A stretch of 64,000 bases of DNA. It comes from Eledone cirrhosa (lineage: Eukaryota). The notes beneath the pieces were generated by a model. It saw only the letters and a list, made by a program, of their open reading frames with translations. It was not told where the DNA came from and made no database searches. How positions within the stretch are numbered: the first letter of the stretch is position 1; each line of letters begins with the position of its first letter. This document shows positions 34,101 to 49,100 of this stretch, one piece after another. The DNA lies in contig OZ024745.1 of assembly GCA_964016885.1 (NCBI GenBank), forward strand, positions 44,702,001 through 44,766,000, written 5' to 3'. Both the position numbers and the translations under genes were made by a program.

Positions 34101-37100
34101 ACAGTAGACAGTCTGGTACTTGGTATATAGTGACACTGGACAGTCTGGTACCTGGTATATAGTGATACTGGACAGTTTGGTACTTGGTATATAGTGACAC
34201 TGGACAGTCTGATACTTGGTATATAGTGACACTGGACAGTCTGATACTTGGTATATAGTGACACTGGACAGTATGGTACTTGGTATATAGTGACACTAGA
34301 CAGTCTGGTACTTGGTATATAGTGTTACTGGACAGTCTGGTACTTGGTAGATAGTGACACTAGACAGTCTGGTACTTGGTATATAGTGACACTGGACAGT
34401 CAGGTAGTTGGTATATAGTGACACTGGACAGTCTGATACTTGGTATATAGTGACACTGGAAGTCTGATACTTGGTATATAGTGACACTAGACAGTCTGGT
34501 ACTTAGTATATAGTGACACTGGACAGTCTGGTACTTGGTATATAGTAACACTAGACAGTCTGGTACTTGGTATATAGTGTTACTGGACAGTCTGGTACTT
34601 GGTATATAGTGACACTAGACAGTCTGGTACTTGGTATATAGTGACACTGGACAATCTGGTATTTAGTATATAGTGACAGTAGACAGTCTGGTACTTGGTA
34701 TATAGTGACACTAGACAGTCTGGTACTTGGTATATAGTGACACTGGACAGTCTGGTACCTGGTATATAGTGATACTGGACAGTCTGATACTTGGTATATA
34801 GTGACACTGGACAGCCTGGTACTTGGTATATAGTGACACTAGACAGTCTGGTAGTTGGTATATAGTGACACTGGACAGTCTGATACATGGCATATAGTGA
34901 CACTGGACAGTCTGATACTTGGTATATAGTGACACTAGACAGTCTGTTACTTGGTATATAGTGACACTGGACAATCTGGTATTTGGTATATAGTGACAGT
35001 AGACAGTCTGGTACTTGGTATATAGTGACACTGGACAGTCTGGTACCTGGTATATAGTGATACTGGACAGTTTGGTACTTGGTATATAGTGACACTGGAC
35101 AGTCTGATACTTGGTATATAGTGACACTGGACAGTCTGATACTTGGTATATAGTGACACTGGACAGTCTGGTACTTGGTATATAGTGACACTGGACAGTC
35201 TGATACTTGGTATATAGTGACACTGGACAGTCTGGTACTTGGTATATAGTGACACTGGACAGTCAGGTACTTGGTATATAGTGACACTGGACAGTCTGAT
35301 ACTTGGTATGTAGTGACACTAGACAGTCTGGTACTTGGTATATAGTGACACTGGACAGTCTGGTACTTGGTATATAGTGACACTGGACAGTCTGGTACTT
35401 GGTATATAGTGACACTGGACAGTCTGGTACTTGGTATATAGTGACACTGGAGAGTCTGATACTTGGTATATAGTGACGCTGGACAGTCTGGTACTTGGTA
35501 TATAGTGTTACTGGACAGTCTGGTACGTGGTATATAGTGACACTGGTCAGTCGGATACTTGGTATATAGTGACACTGGACAGTCTGATACTTGGTATATA
35601 GTGACACTAGCCAGTCTGATACTTGGTATATAGTGACACTGGACAGTCTGGTACTTGGTATATAGTGACACTAGCCAGTCTGATACTTGGTATATAGTGA
35701 CACTGGACAGTCTGGTACTTGGTATATAGTGACACTAGACAGTCTGATACTTGGTATATAGTGACACTGGACAGTCTGGTACTTGGTATATAGTGTTACT
35801 GGACAGTCTGGTACTTGGTATATAGTGACACTGGACAGTCTAGTACTTGGTATATAGTGACACTAGACAGTCTGATACTTGGTATATAGTGACACTGGAC
35901 ACTCTGGTACTTGGTATATAGTGACACTGGACAGTATGGTACTTGGTATATAGTGACACTAGACAGTCTGGTACTTGGTATATAGTGTTACTGGACAGTC
36001 TGGTACTTGGTAGATAGTGACACTAGACAGTCTGGTACTTGGTATATAGTGACACTGGACAGTCAGGTAGTTGGTATATAGTGACACTGGACAGTCTGAT
36101 ACTTGGTATATAGTGACACTGGAAGTCTGATACTTGGTATATAGTGACACTAGACAGTCTGGTACTTGGTATATAGTGACACTGGACAGTCTGGTACTTG
36201 GTATATAGTGTTACTGGACAGTCTGGTACTTGGTATATAGTGACACTAGACAGTCTGGTACTTGGTATATAGTGACACTAGACAGTCTGGTACTTGGTAT
36301 ATAGTGACACTGGACAATCTGGTATTTAGTATATAGTGACAGTAGACAGTCTGGTACTTGGTATATAGTGACACTAGACAGTCTGGTACTTGGTATATAG
36401 TGACACTGGACAGTCTGGTACCTGGTATATAGTGATACTGGACAGTCTGATACTTGGTATATAGTGACACTGGACAGCCTGGTACTTGGTATATAGTGAC
36501 ACTAGACAGTCTGGTAGTTGGTATATAGTGACACTGGACAGTCTGATACATGGCATATAGTGACACTGGACAGTCTGATACTTGGTATATAGTGACACTA
36601 GACAGTCTGGTACTTGGTATATACTGACACTGGACAGTCTGATACTTGGTATATAGTGTTACTGGCGAGTCTGGAACTTGGTATATAGTGACACTGGACA
36701 GTCTGATACTTGGTATATAGTGACACTGGACAGTCTGGTAATTGGTATATAGTGACACTGGACAGTCTGATACTTGGTATATAGTGACACTGGACAGTCT
36801 GATACTTGGTATATAGTGACACTAGACAGTCTGGTACTTGGTATATAGTGACACTGGACAGCCTGGTACTTGGTATATAGTGACACTAGACAGTCTGGTA
36901 CTTCGTATATAGTGTTACTGGACAGTCTGGTACTTGGTATATAGTGACACTAGACAGTCTGGTACTTGGTATATAGTGACACTGGACAGTCTGGTAGTTG
37001 GTATATAGTGACACTGGACAGTCTGATACTTGGCATATAGTGACACTGGACAGTCTGATATTTGGTATATAGTGACACTAGACAGTCTGGTACTTGGTAT

Positions 37101-40100
37101 ATAGTGACACTAGACAGTCTGGTACTTGGTATATAGTGACACTGGATAATCTGGTATTTGGTATATAGTGACAGTAGACAGTCTGGTACTTGGTATATAG
37201 TGACACTACACAGTCTGGTACTTGGTATATAGTGACACTGGACAGTCTGGTACCTGGTATATAGTGATACTGGACAGTCTGGTACTTGGTATATAGTGAC
37301 ACTGGACAGTCTGATACTTGGTATATAGTGACACTGGACAGTCTGATACTTGGTATATAGTGACACTGGAAGTCTTGTACTTGGTATATAGTGACACTAG
37401 ACAGTCTGGTACTTGGTATATAGTGACACTGGACAGTCTGGTACTTGGTATATAGTGACACTGGACAGTCTGGTACTTGGTATATAGTGTTACTGGACAG
37501 TCTGGTACGTGGTATTTAGTGACACTGGTCAGTCGGATACTTGGTATATAGTGACACTGGACAGTCTGATACTTGGTATATAGTGACACTAGCCAGTCTG
37601 ACACTTGGTATATAGTGACACTGGACAGTCTGGTACTTGGTATATAGTGACACTAGCCAGTCTGATACTTGGTATATAGTAACACTGGACAGTCTGGTAC
37701 TTGGTATATAGTGACACTAGACAGTCTGATACTTGGTATATAGTGACACTGGACAGTCTGGTACTTGGTATATAGTGTTACTGGACAGTCTGGTACTTGG
37801 TATATAGTGACACTGGACAGTCTAGTACTTGGTATATAGTGACACTGGACAGTATGGTACTTGGTATATAGTGACACTAGACAGTCTGGTACTTGGTATA
37901 TAGTGTTACTGGACAGTCTGGTACTTGGTAGATAGTGACACTAGACAGTCTGGTACTTGGTATATAGTGACACTGGACAGTCAGGTAGTTGGTATATAGT
38001 GACACTGGACAGTCTGATACTTGGTATATAGTGACACTGGAAGTCTGATACTTGGTATATAGTGACACTAGACAGTCTGGTACTTGGTATATAGTGACAC
38101 TGGACAGTCTGGTACTTGGTATATAGTAACACTAGACAGTCTGGTACTTGGTATATAGTGTTACTGGACAGTCTGGTACTTGGTATATAGTGACACTAGA
38201 CAGTCTGGTACTTGGTATATAGTGACACTAGACAGTCTGGTACTTGGTATATAGTGACACTGGACAATCTGGTATTTAGTATATAGTGACAGTAGACAGT
38301 CTGGTACTTGGTATATAGTGACACTAGACAGTCTGGTACTTGGTATATAGTGACACTGGACAGTCTGGTACCTGGTATATAGTGATACTGGACAGTCTGA
38401 TACTTGGTATATAGTGACACTGGACAGCCTGGTACTTGGTATATAGTGACACTAGACAGTCTGGTAGTTGGTATATAGTGACACTGGACAGTCTGATACA
38501 TGGCATATAGTGACACTGGACAGTCTGATACTTGGTATATAGTGACACTAGACAGTCTGGTACTTGGTATATACTGACACTGGACAGTCTGATACTTGGT
38601 ATATAGTGTTACTGGCGAGTCTGGAACTTGGTATATAGTGACACTGGACAGTCTGATACTTGGTATATAGTGACACTGGACAGTCTGGTAATTGGTATAT
38701 AGTGACACTGGACAGTCTGATACTTGGTATATAGTGACACTAGACAGTCTGGTACTTGGTATATAGTGACACTGGACAGTCTGGTACTTGGTATATAGTA
38801 ACACTAGACAGTCTGGTACTTGGTATATAGTGTTACTGGACAGTCTGGTACTTGGTATATAGTGACACTAGACAGTCTGGTACTTGGTATATAGTGACAC
38901 TAGACAGTCTGGTACTTGGTATATAGTGACACTGGACAATCTGGTATTTAGTATATAGTGACAGTAGACAGTCTGGTACTTGGTATATAGTGACACTAGA
39001 CAGTCTGGTACTTGGTATATAGTGACACTGGACAGTCTGGTACCTGGTATATAGTGATACTGGACAGTCTGATACTTGGTATATAGTGACACTGGACAGC
39101 CTGGTACTTGGTATATAGTGACACTAGACAGTCTGGTAGTTGGTATATAGTGACACTGGACAGTCTGATACATGGCATATAGTGACACTGGACAGTCTGA
39201 TACTTGGTATATAGTGACACTAGACAGTCTGGTACTTGGTATATACTGACACTGGACAGTGTCATACTTGGTATATAGTGTTACTGGCGAGTCTGGAACT
39301 TGGTATATAGTGACACTGGACAGTCTGATACTTGGTATATAGTGACACTGGACAGTCTGGTAATTGGTATATAGTGACACTGGACAGTCTGATACTTGGT
39401 ATATAGTGACACTGGACAGTCTGATACTTGGTATATAGTGACACTAGACAGTCTGGTACTTGGTATATAGTGACACTGGACAGCCTGGTACTTGGTATAT
39501 AGTGACACTAGACAGTCTGGTACTTCGTATATAGTGTTACTGGACAGTCTGGTACTTGGTATATAGTGACACTAGACAGTCTGGTACTTGGTATATAGTG
39601 ACACTGGACAGTCTGGTAGTTGGTATATAGTGACACTGGACAGTCTGATACTTGGCATATAGTGACACTGGACAGTCTGATACTTGGTATATAGTGACAC
39701 TAGACAGTCTGGTACTTGGTATATAGTGACACTAGACAGTCTGGTACTTGGTATATAGTGACACTGGATAATCTGGTATTTGGTATATAGTGACAGTAGA
39801 CAGTCTGGTACTTGGTATATAGTGACACTACACAGTCTGGTACTTGGTATATAGTGACACTGGACAGTCTGGTACCTGGTATATAGTGATACTGGACAGT
39901 CTGGTACTTGGTATATAGTGACACTGGACAGTCTGATACTTGGTATATAGTGACACTGGACAGTCTGATACTTGGTATATAGTGACACTGGAAGTCTTGT
40001 ACTTGGTATATAGTGACACTAGACAGTCTGGTACTTGGTATATAGTGACACTGGACAGTCTGGTACTTGGTATATAGTGACACTGGACAGTCTGGTACTT

Positions 40101-43100
40101 GGTATATAGTGACACTAGACAGTCTGGTACTTGGTATATAGTGTTACTGGACAGTCTGGTACTTGGTATATAGTGACACTAGACAGTCTGGTACTTGGTA
40201 TATAGTGACACTAGACAGTCTGGTACTTGGTATATAGTGACACTGGACAGTCTGGTTCTTGGTATATAGAGACACTAGACAGTCTGGTACTTGGTATATA
40301 GTGACACTAGACAGTCTGGTACTTGGTATATAGTGACACTAGACAGTCTGGTACTTGGTATATAGTGGCACTGGACAGTCTGATACTTAGTATATAGTGA
40401 CACTGGACAGTCTGGTACTTGGTATATAGTGACACTGGAAGTCTTGTACTTGGTATATAGTGACACTAGACAGTCTGGTACTTGGTATATAGTGACACTG
40501 GACAGTCAGGTACTTGGCATATAGTGACACTGGACAGTCTGATACTTGGTATATAGTGACACTAGACAGTCTGGTACTTGGTATATAGTGACACTGGACA
40601 GTCGGGTACTTGATATATAGTGACACTGGACAGTCTGATACTTGGTATATAGTGACACTAGACAGTCTGGTACTTGGTATATAGTGACACTGGACAGTCT
40701 GGTACTTGGTATATAGTGACACTGGACAGTCTGATACTTGGTATATAGTGACAATGGACAGTCTGATACTTGGTATATAGTGACACTGGACAGTCTGGTA
40801 ATTGGTATATAGTGACACTGGACAGTCTGATACTCGGTATATAGCGACACTGGACAGTATCGTACTTGGTATATAGAGACACTGGACAGTCTGATATTGG
40901 TATATAGTGACACTGGACAGTCTGGTACTTGGTATATAGTGACATTGGACAGTCTGTTAGTTGGTATATAGTGACATTAGACAGTCTGGTAATTGGTATA
41001 TAATGACACTGGACAGTCTGATACGTGGTATATAGTGACACTGGACAGTCTGGTACTTGGTATATAGTGACACTGGACAGTCTGATACTTGGTATATAGT
41101 GACACTGAAAAGTCTGGTACATGGTATATAGTGACACTGGACAGTCTGATATTTGGTATATAGTGACACTAGACAGTCTGTTACTTGGTATATAGTGACA
41201 CTGGACAGTCTGGTACTTGGTATATAGTGACACTGGACAGTCTGATACTTGTTATATAGTGACACTGGACAGTCTGATACTTGGTATATAGTGACACTAG
41301 ACAGTCTGGTACTTGGTATATAGTGACACTAGACAGTCTGGTACTTGGTATATAGTGACACTGGACAATCTGGTATTTGGTATATAGTGACACTGGACAG
41401 TCTGATACTTGGTATATAGTGACACTGGAAGTCTTGTACTTGGTATATAGTGACACTAGACAGTCTGGTACTTGGTATATAGTGACACTGGACAGTCTGG
41501 TACTTGGTATATAGTGACACTAGACAGTCTGGTACTTGGTATATAGTGTTACTGGACAGTCTGGTACTTGGTATATAGTGACACTAGACAGTCTGGTACT
41601 TGGTATATAGTGACACTAAACAGTCTGGTACTTGGTATATAGTGACACTGGACAATCTGGTATTTGGTATATAGTGACAGTAGACAGTCTGGTACTTGGT
41701 ATATAGAGACATTGGACAGTCTGGTACCTGGTATATAGTGATACTGGACAATCTGGTACTTGGTATATAGTGACACTGGACAGTCTGATACTTGGTATAT
41801 AGTGACACTGAACAGTCTGGTACTTGGTATATAGTGTTACTGGACAGTCTGGTAATTGGTATATAGTGACACTAGACAGTCTGGTACTTGGTATATAGTG
41901 ACACTGGACAGTCTGGTTCTTGGTATATAGAGACACTAGACAGTCTGGTACTTGGTATATAGTGACACTAGACAGTCTGGTACTTGGTATATAGTGACAC
42001 TAGACAGTCTGGTACTTGGTATATAGTGGCACTGGACAGTCTGATACTTAGTATATAGTGACACTGGACAGTCTGGTACTTGGTATATAGTGACACTGGA
42101 AGTCTTGTACTTGGTATATAGTGACACTAGACAGTCTGGTACTTGGTATATAGTGACACTGGACAGTCAGGTACTTGGCATATAGTGACACTGGACAGTC
42201 TGATACTTGGTATATAGTGACACTAGACAGTCTGGTACTTGGTATATAGTGACACTGGACAGTCGGGTACTTGGTATATAGTGACACTGGACAGTCTGAT
42301 ACTTGGTATATAGTGACACTAGACAGTCTGGTACTTGGTATATAGTGACACTGGACAGTCTGGTACTTGATATATAGTGACACTGGACAGTCTGATACTT
42401 GGTATATAGTGACAATGGACAGTCTGATACTTGGTATATAGTGACACTGGACAGTCTGGTAATTGGTATATAGTGACACTGGACAGTCTGATACTCGGTA
42501 TATAGTGAAACTGGACAGTATGGTACTTGGTATATAGAGACACCGGACAGTCTGATATTGGTATATAGTGACACTGGACAGTCTGGTACTTGGTATATAG
42601 TGACATTGGACAGTCTGTTACTTGGTATATAGTGACATTAGACAGTCTGGTAATTGGTATATAATGACACTGGACAGTCTGATACGTGGTATATAGTGAC
42701 ACTGGACAGTCTGGTACTTGGTATAGAGTGACACTAGACAGTCTGGTACTTGGTATATAGTGACACTGGACAGTCTGATACTTGGTATATAGTGACACTG
42801 GACAGTCTGGTACTTGGTATATAGTGACACTGGACAGTCTGATACTTGGTATATAGTGACACTAGACAGTCTGTTACTTGGTATATAGTGACACTGGACA
42901 GTCTGGTACTTGGTATATAGTGACACTGGACAGTCTGGTACTTGGTATATAGTGACACTGGACAGTCTGGTACTTGGTATATAGTGACACTGGACAGTCT
43001 GATACTTGGTATATAGTGACACTGAAAAGTCTGGTACATGGTATATAGTGACACTGGACAGTCTGATATTTGGTATATAGTGACACTAGACAGTCTGTTA

Positions 43101-46100
43101 CTTGGTATATAGTGACACTGGACAGTCTGGTACTTGGTATATAGTGACACTGGACAGTCTGATACTTGGTATATAGTGACACTAGACAGTCTGTTACTTG
43201 GTATATAGTGACACTGGACAGTCTGGTACTTGGTATATAGTGACACTGGACAGGCTGGTACTTGGTATATAGTGACACTGGACAGTCTGATACTTGGTAT
43301 ATAGTGACACTGGACAGTCTGATACTTGGTATATAGTGACACTAGACAGTCTGGTACTTGGTATATAGTCACACTAGACAGTTTGGTATTTGGTATATAG
43401 TGACACTAGACAGTCTGGTATTTGGTATATAGTGACACTGGATAGTCTGATATTGGTATATAGTGACATTGGACAGTCTGATACTTGGTATATAGTGACA
43501 CTGGACAGTCTGGTACTTGGTATATAGTGACACTGGACAGTCTGGTATTTGGTATATAGTGACACTGGACAGTCTGTTACTTGGTATATAGTGACACTGG
43601 GCAGTCTGGTACTTGGTATATAGTGACACTAGACAGTTTGGTACTTGGTATATAGTGACACTAGACAGTGTGGTACTTGGTATATAGTGACACTGGACGG
43701 TCTGATACTTGGTATATAGTGACACTGGAGAGTCTAATAATTGGTATATAGTGACACTAGACAGTCTGATACTTGGTATATAGTGACACTGGACAGTCTG
43801 GTACTTGGTATATAGTGATACTAGACAGTTTGGTACTTGGTATATAGTGACACTAGACAGTCTGTTACTTGGTATATAGTGACACTGGACAGCCTGATAC
43901 TTGGTATATAGTGACACTAGGCAGTCTGGTACTTGGTATATAGTGACACTGGACAGTCTGGTACTTGGTATATAGTGACACTAGACAGTCTGGTACTTGG
44001 TATATAGTGACACTGGACAGTCTGATACTTGCTATATAGTGTTACTGGCGAGTCTGGTACTTGGTATATAGTGACACTGGACAGTCTGATACTTGGTATA
44101 TAGTGACACTGGACAGTCTGGTAATTGGTATATAGTGACACTGGACAGTCTGATAATTGGTATATAGTGACACTGGACAGTCTGATACTTGGTATATAGT
44201 GACACTAGACAGTCTGGTACTTGGTATATAGTGACACTGGACAGTCTGGTACTTGGTATATAGTGACACTGGACAGTCTGGTACTTGGTATATAGTGACA
44301 CTGGACAGCCTGGTACTTGGTATATAGTGACACTAGACAGTCTGGTACTTGGTATATAGTGTTACTGGACAGTCTGGTACTTGGTATATAGTGACACTAG
44401 ACAGTCTGGTACTTGGTATATAGTGACACTGGACAGTCTGGTAGTTGGTATATAGTGACACTGGACAGTCTGATACTTGGTATATAGTGACACAGGAAGT
44501 CTGATACTTGGTATATAGTGACACTAGACAGTCTGGTACTTGGTATATAGTGACACTGGACAGTCTGGTACTTGGTATATAGTGACACTAGACAGTCTGG
44601 TACTTGGTATATAGTGTTACTGGACAGTCTGGTACTTGGTATATAGTGACACTAGACAGTCTGGTACTTGGTATATAGTGACACTAGACAGTCTGGTACT
44701 TGGTATATAGTGACACTGGACAATCTGGTATTTGGTATATAGTGACAGTAGACAGTCTGGTACTTGGTATATAGTGACACTGGACAGTCTGGTACCTGGT
44801 ATATAGTGACACTGGACAGTCTGATACTTGGTATATAGTGACACTGGACAGTCTGATACTTGGTATATAGTGACACTGGACAGTCTGGTACTTGGTATAT
44901 AGTGACACTGGACAGTCTGATACTTGGTATATAGTGACACTGGACAGTCTGGTACTTGGTATATAGTGACACTGGACAGTCGGGTACTTGGTATATAGTG
45001 ACACTGGACAGTCTGATACTTGGTATATAGTGACACTAGACAGTCTGGTACTTGGTATATAGTGACACTGGACAGTCTGGTACTTGGTATATAGTGACAC
45101 TGGACAGTCTGGTACTTGGTATATAGTGACACTGGACAGTCTGGTACTTGGTATATAGTGACACTGGAGAGTCTGATACTTGGTATATAGTGACGCTGGA
45201 CAGTCTGGTACTTGGTATATAGTGTTACTGGACAGACTGGTACGTGGTATATAGTGACACTGGTCAGTCGGATACTTGGTATATAGTGACACTGGACAGT
45301 CTGATACTTGGTATATAGTGACACTAGCCAGTCTGATACTTGGTATATAGTGACACTGGACAGTTTGGTACTTGGTATATAGTGACACTAGCCAGTCTGA
45401 TACTTGGTATATAGTGACACTGGACAGTCTGGTACTTGGTATATAGTGACACTAGACAGTCTGATACTTGGTATATAGTGACACTGGACAGTCTGGTACT
45501 TGGTATATAGTGTTACTGGACAGTCTGGTACTTGGTATATAGTGACACTGGACAGTCTAGTACTTGGTATATAGTGACACTAGACAGTCTGATACTTGGT
45601 ATATAGTGACACTGGACACTCTGGTACTTGGTATATAGTGACACTGGACAGTATGGTACTTGGTATATAGTGACACTAGACAGTCTGGTACTTGGTATAT
45701 AGTGTTACTGGACAGTCTGGTACTTGGTAGATAGTGACACTAGACAGTCTGGTACTTGGTATATAGTGACACTGGACAGTCAGGTAGTTGGTATATAGTG
45801 ACACTGGACAGTCTGATACTTGGTATATAGTGACACTGGAAGTCTGATACTTGGTATATAGTGACACTAGACAGTCTGGTACTTGGTATATAGTGACACT
45901 GGACAGTCTGGTACTTGGTATATAGTAACACTAGACAGTCTGGTACTTGGTATATAGTGTTACTGGACAGTCTGGTACTTGGTATATAGTGACACTAGAC
46001 AGTCTGGTACTTGGTATATAGTGACACTAGACAGTCTGGTACTTGGTATATAGTGACACTGGACAATCTGGTATTTAGTATATAGTGACAGTAGACAGTC

Positions 46101-49100
46101 TGGTACTTGGTATATAGTGACACTAGACAGTCTGGTACTTGGTATATAGTGACACTGGACAGTCTGGTACCTGGTATATAGTGATACTGGACAGTCTGAT
46201 ACTTGGTATATAGTGACACTGGACAGCCTGGTACTTGGTATATAGTGACACTAGACAGTCTGGTAGTTGGTATATAGTGACACTGGACAGTCTGATACAT
46301 GGCATATAGTGACACTGGACAGTCTGATACTTGGTATATAGTGACACTAGACAGTCTGTTACTTGGTATATAGTGACACTGGACAATCTGGTATTTGGTA
46401 TATAGTGACAGTAGACAGTCTGGTACTTGGTATATAGTGACACTGGACAGTCTGGTACCTGGTATATAGTGATACTGGACAGTTTGGTACTTGGTATATA
46501 GTGACACTGGACAGTCTGATACTTGGTATATAGTGACACTGGACAGTCTGATACTTGGTATATAGTGACACTGGACAGTCTGGTACTTGGTATATAGTGA
46601 CACTGGACAGTCTGATACTTGGTATATAGTGACACTGGACAGTCTGGTACTTGGTATATAGTGACACTGGACAGTCGGGTACTTGGTATATAGTGACACT
46701 GGACAGTCTGATACTTGGTATATAGTGACACTAGACAGTCTGGTACTTGGTATATAGTGACACTGGACAGTCTGGTACTTGGTATATAGTGACACTGGAC
46801 AGTCTGGTACTTGGTATATAGTGACACTGGACAGTCTGGTACTTGGTATATAGTGACACTGGAGAGTCTGATACTTGGTATATAGTGACGCTGGACAGTC
46901 TGGTACTTGGTATATAGTGTTACTGGACAGTCTGGTACGTGGTATATAGTGACACTGGTCAGTCGGATACTTGGTATATAGTGACACTGGACAGTCTGAT
47001 ACTTGGTATATAGTGACACTAGCCAGTCTGATACTTGGTATATAGTGACACTGGACAGTCTGGTACTTGGTATATAGTGACACTAGCCAGTCTGATACTT
47101 GGTATATAGTGACACTGGACAGTCTGTTACTTGGTATATAGTGACACTAGACAGTCTGATACTTGGTATATAGTGACACTGGACAGTCTGGTACTTGGTA
47201 TATAGTGTTACTGGACAGTCTGGTACTTGGTATATAGTGACACTGGACAGTCTAGTACTTGGTTTATAGTGACACTAGACAGTCTGATACTTGGTATATA
47301 GTGACACTGGACACTCTGGTACTTGGTATATAGTGACACTGGACAGTATGGTACTTGGTATATAGTGACACTAGACAGTCTGGTACTTGGTATATAGTGT
47401 TACTGGACAGTCTGGTACTTGGTAGATAGTGACACTAGACAGTCTGGTACTTGGTATATAGTGACACTGGACAGTCAGGTAGTTGGTATATAGTGACACT
47501 GGACAGTCTGATACTTGGTATATAGTGACACTGGAAGTCTGATACTTGGTATATAGTGACACTAGACAGTCTGGTACTTGGTATATAGTGACACTGGACA
47601 GTCTGGTACTTGGTATATAGTAACACTAGACAGTCTGGTACTTGGTATATAGTGTTACTGGACAGTCTGGTACTTGGTATATAGTGACACTAGACAGTCT
47701 GGTACTTGGTATATAGTGACACTAGACAGTCTGGTACTTGGTATATAGTGACACTGGACAGTCTGGTACCTGGTATATAGTGATACTGGACAGTCTGATA
47801 CTTGGTATATAGTGACACTGGACAGCCTGGTACTTGGTATATAGTGACACTAGACAGTCTGGTAGTTGGTATATAGTGACACTGGACAGTCTGATACATG
47901 GCATATAGTGACACTGGACAGTCTGGTACTTGGTATATAGTGACACTAGACAGTCTGGTACTTGGTATATAGTGACACTGGACAGTCTGGTACTTGATAT
48001 ATAGTGACACTGGACAGTCTGATACTTGGTATATAGTGACAATGGACAGTCTGATACTTGGTATATAGTGACACTGGACAGTCTGGTAATTGGTATATAG
48101 TGACACTGGACAGTCTGATACTCGGTATATAGTGACACTGGACAGTATGGTACTTGGTATATAGAGACACTGGACAGTCTGATATTGGTATATAGTGACA
48201 CTGGACAGTCTGGTACTTGGTATATAGTGACATTGGACAGTCTGTTACTTGGTATATAGTGACATTAGACAGTCTGGTAATTGGTATATAATGACACTGG
48301 ACAGTCTGATACGTGGTATATAGTGACACTGGACAGTCTGGTACTTGGTATAGAGTGACACTAGACAGTCTGGTACTTGGTATATAGTGACACTGGACAG
48401 TCTGATACTTGGTATATAGTGACACTGGACAGTCTGGTACTTGGTATATAGTGACACTGGACAGTCTGGTACTTGGTATATAGTGACACTAGACAGTCTG
48501 TTACTTGGTATATAGTGACACTGGACAGTCTGGTACTTGGTATATAGTGACACTGGACAGTCTGGTACTTGGTATATAGTGACACTGGACAGTCTGGTAC
48601 TTGGTATATAGTGACACTGGACAGTCTGATACTTGGTATATAGTGACACTGAAAAGTCTGGTACATGGTATATAGTGACACTGGACAGTCTGATATTTGG
48701 TATATAGTGACACTAGACAGTCTGTTACTTGGTATATAGTGACACTGGACAGTCTGGTACTTGGTATATAGTGACACTGGACAGTCTGATACTTGGTATA
48801 TAGTGACACTAGACAGTCTGTTACTTGGTATATAGTGACACTGGACAGTCTGGTACTTGGTATATAGTGACACTGGACAGGCTGGTACTTGGTATATAGT
48901 GACACTGGACAGTCTGATACTTGGTATATAGTGACACTGCACAGTCTGATACTTGGTATATAGTGACACTAGACAGTCTGGTACTTGGTATATAGTCACA
49001 CTAGACAGTTTGGTATTTGGTATATAGTGACACTAGACAGTCTGGTACTTGGTATATAGTGACACTGGATAGTCTGATATTGGTATATAGTGACATTGGA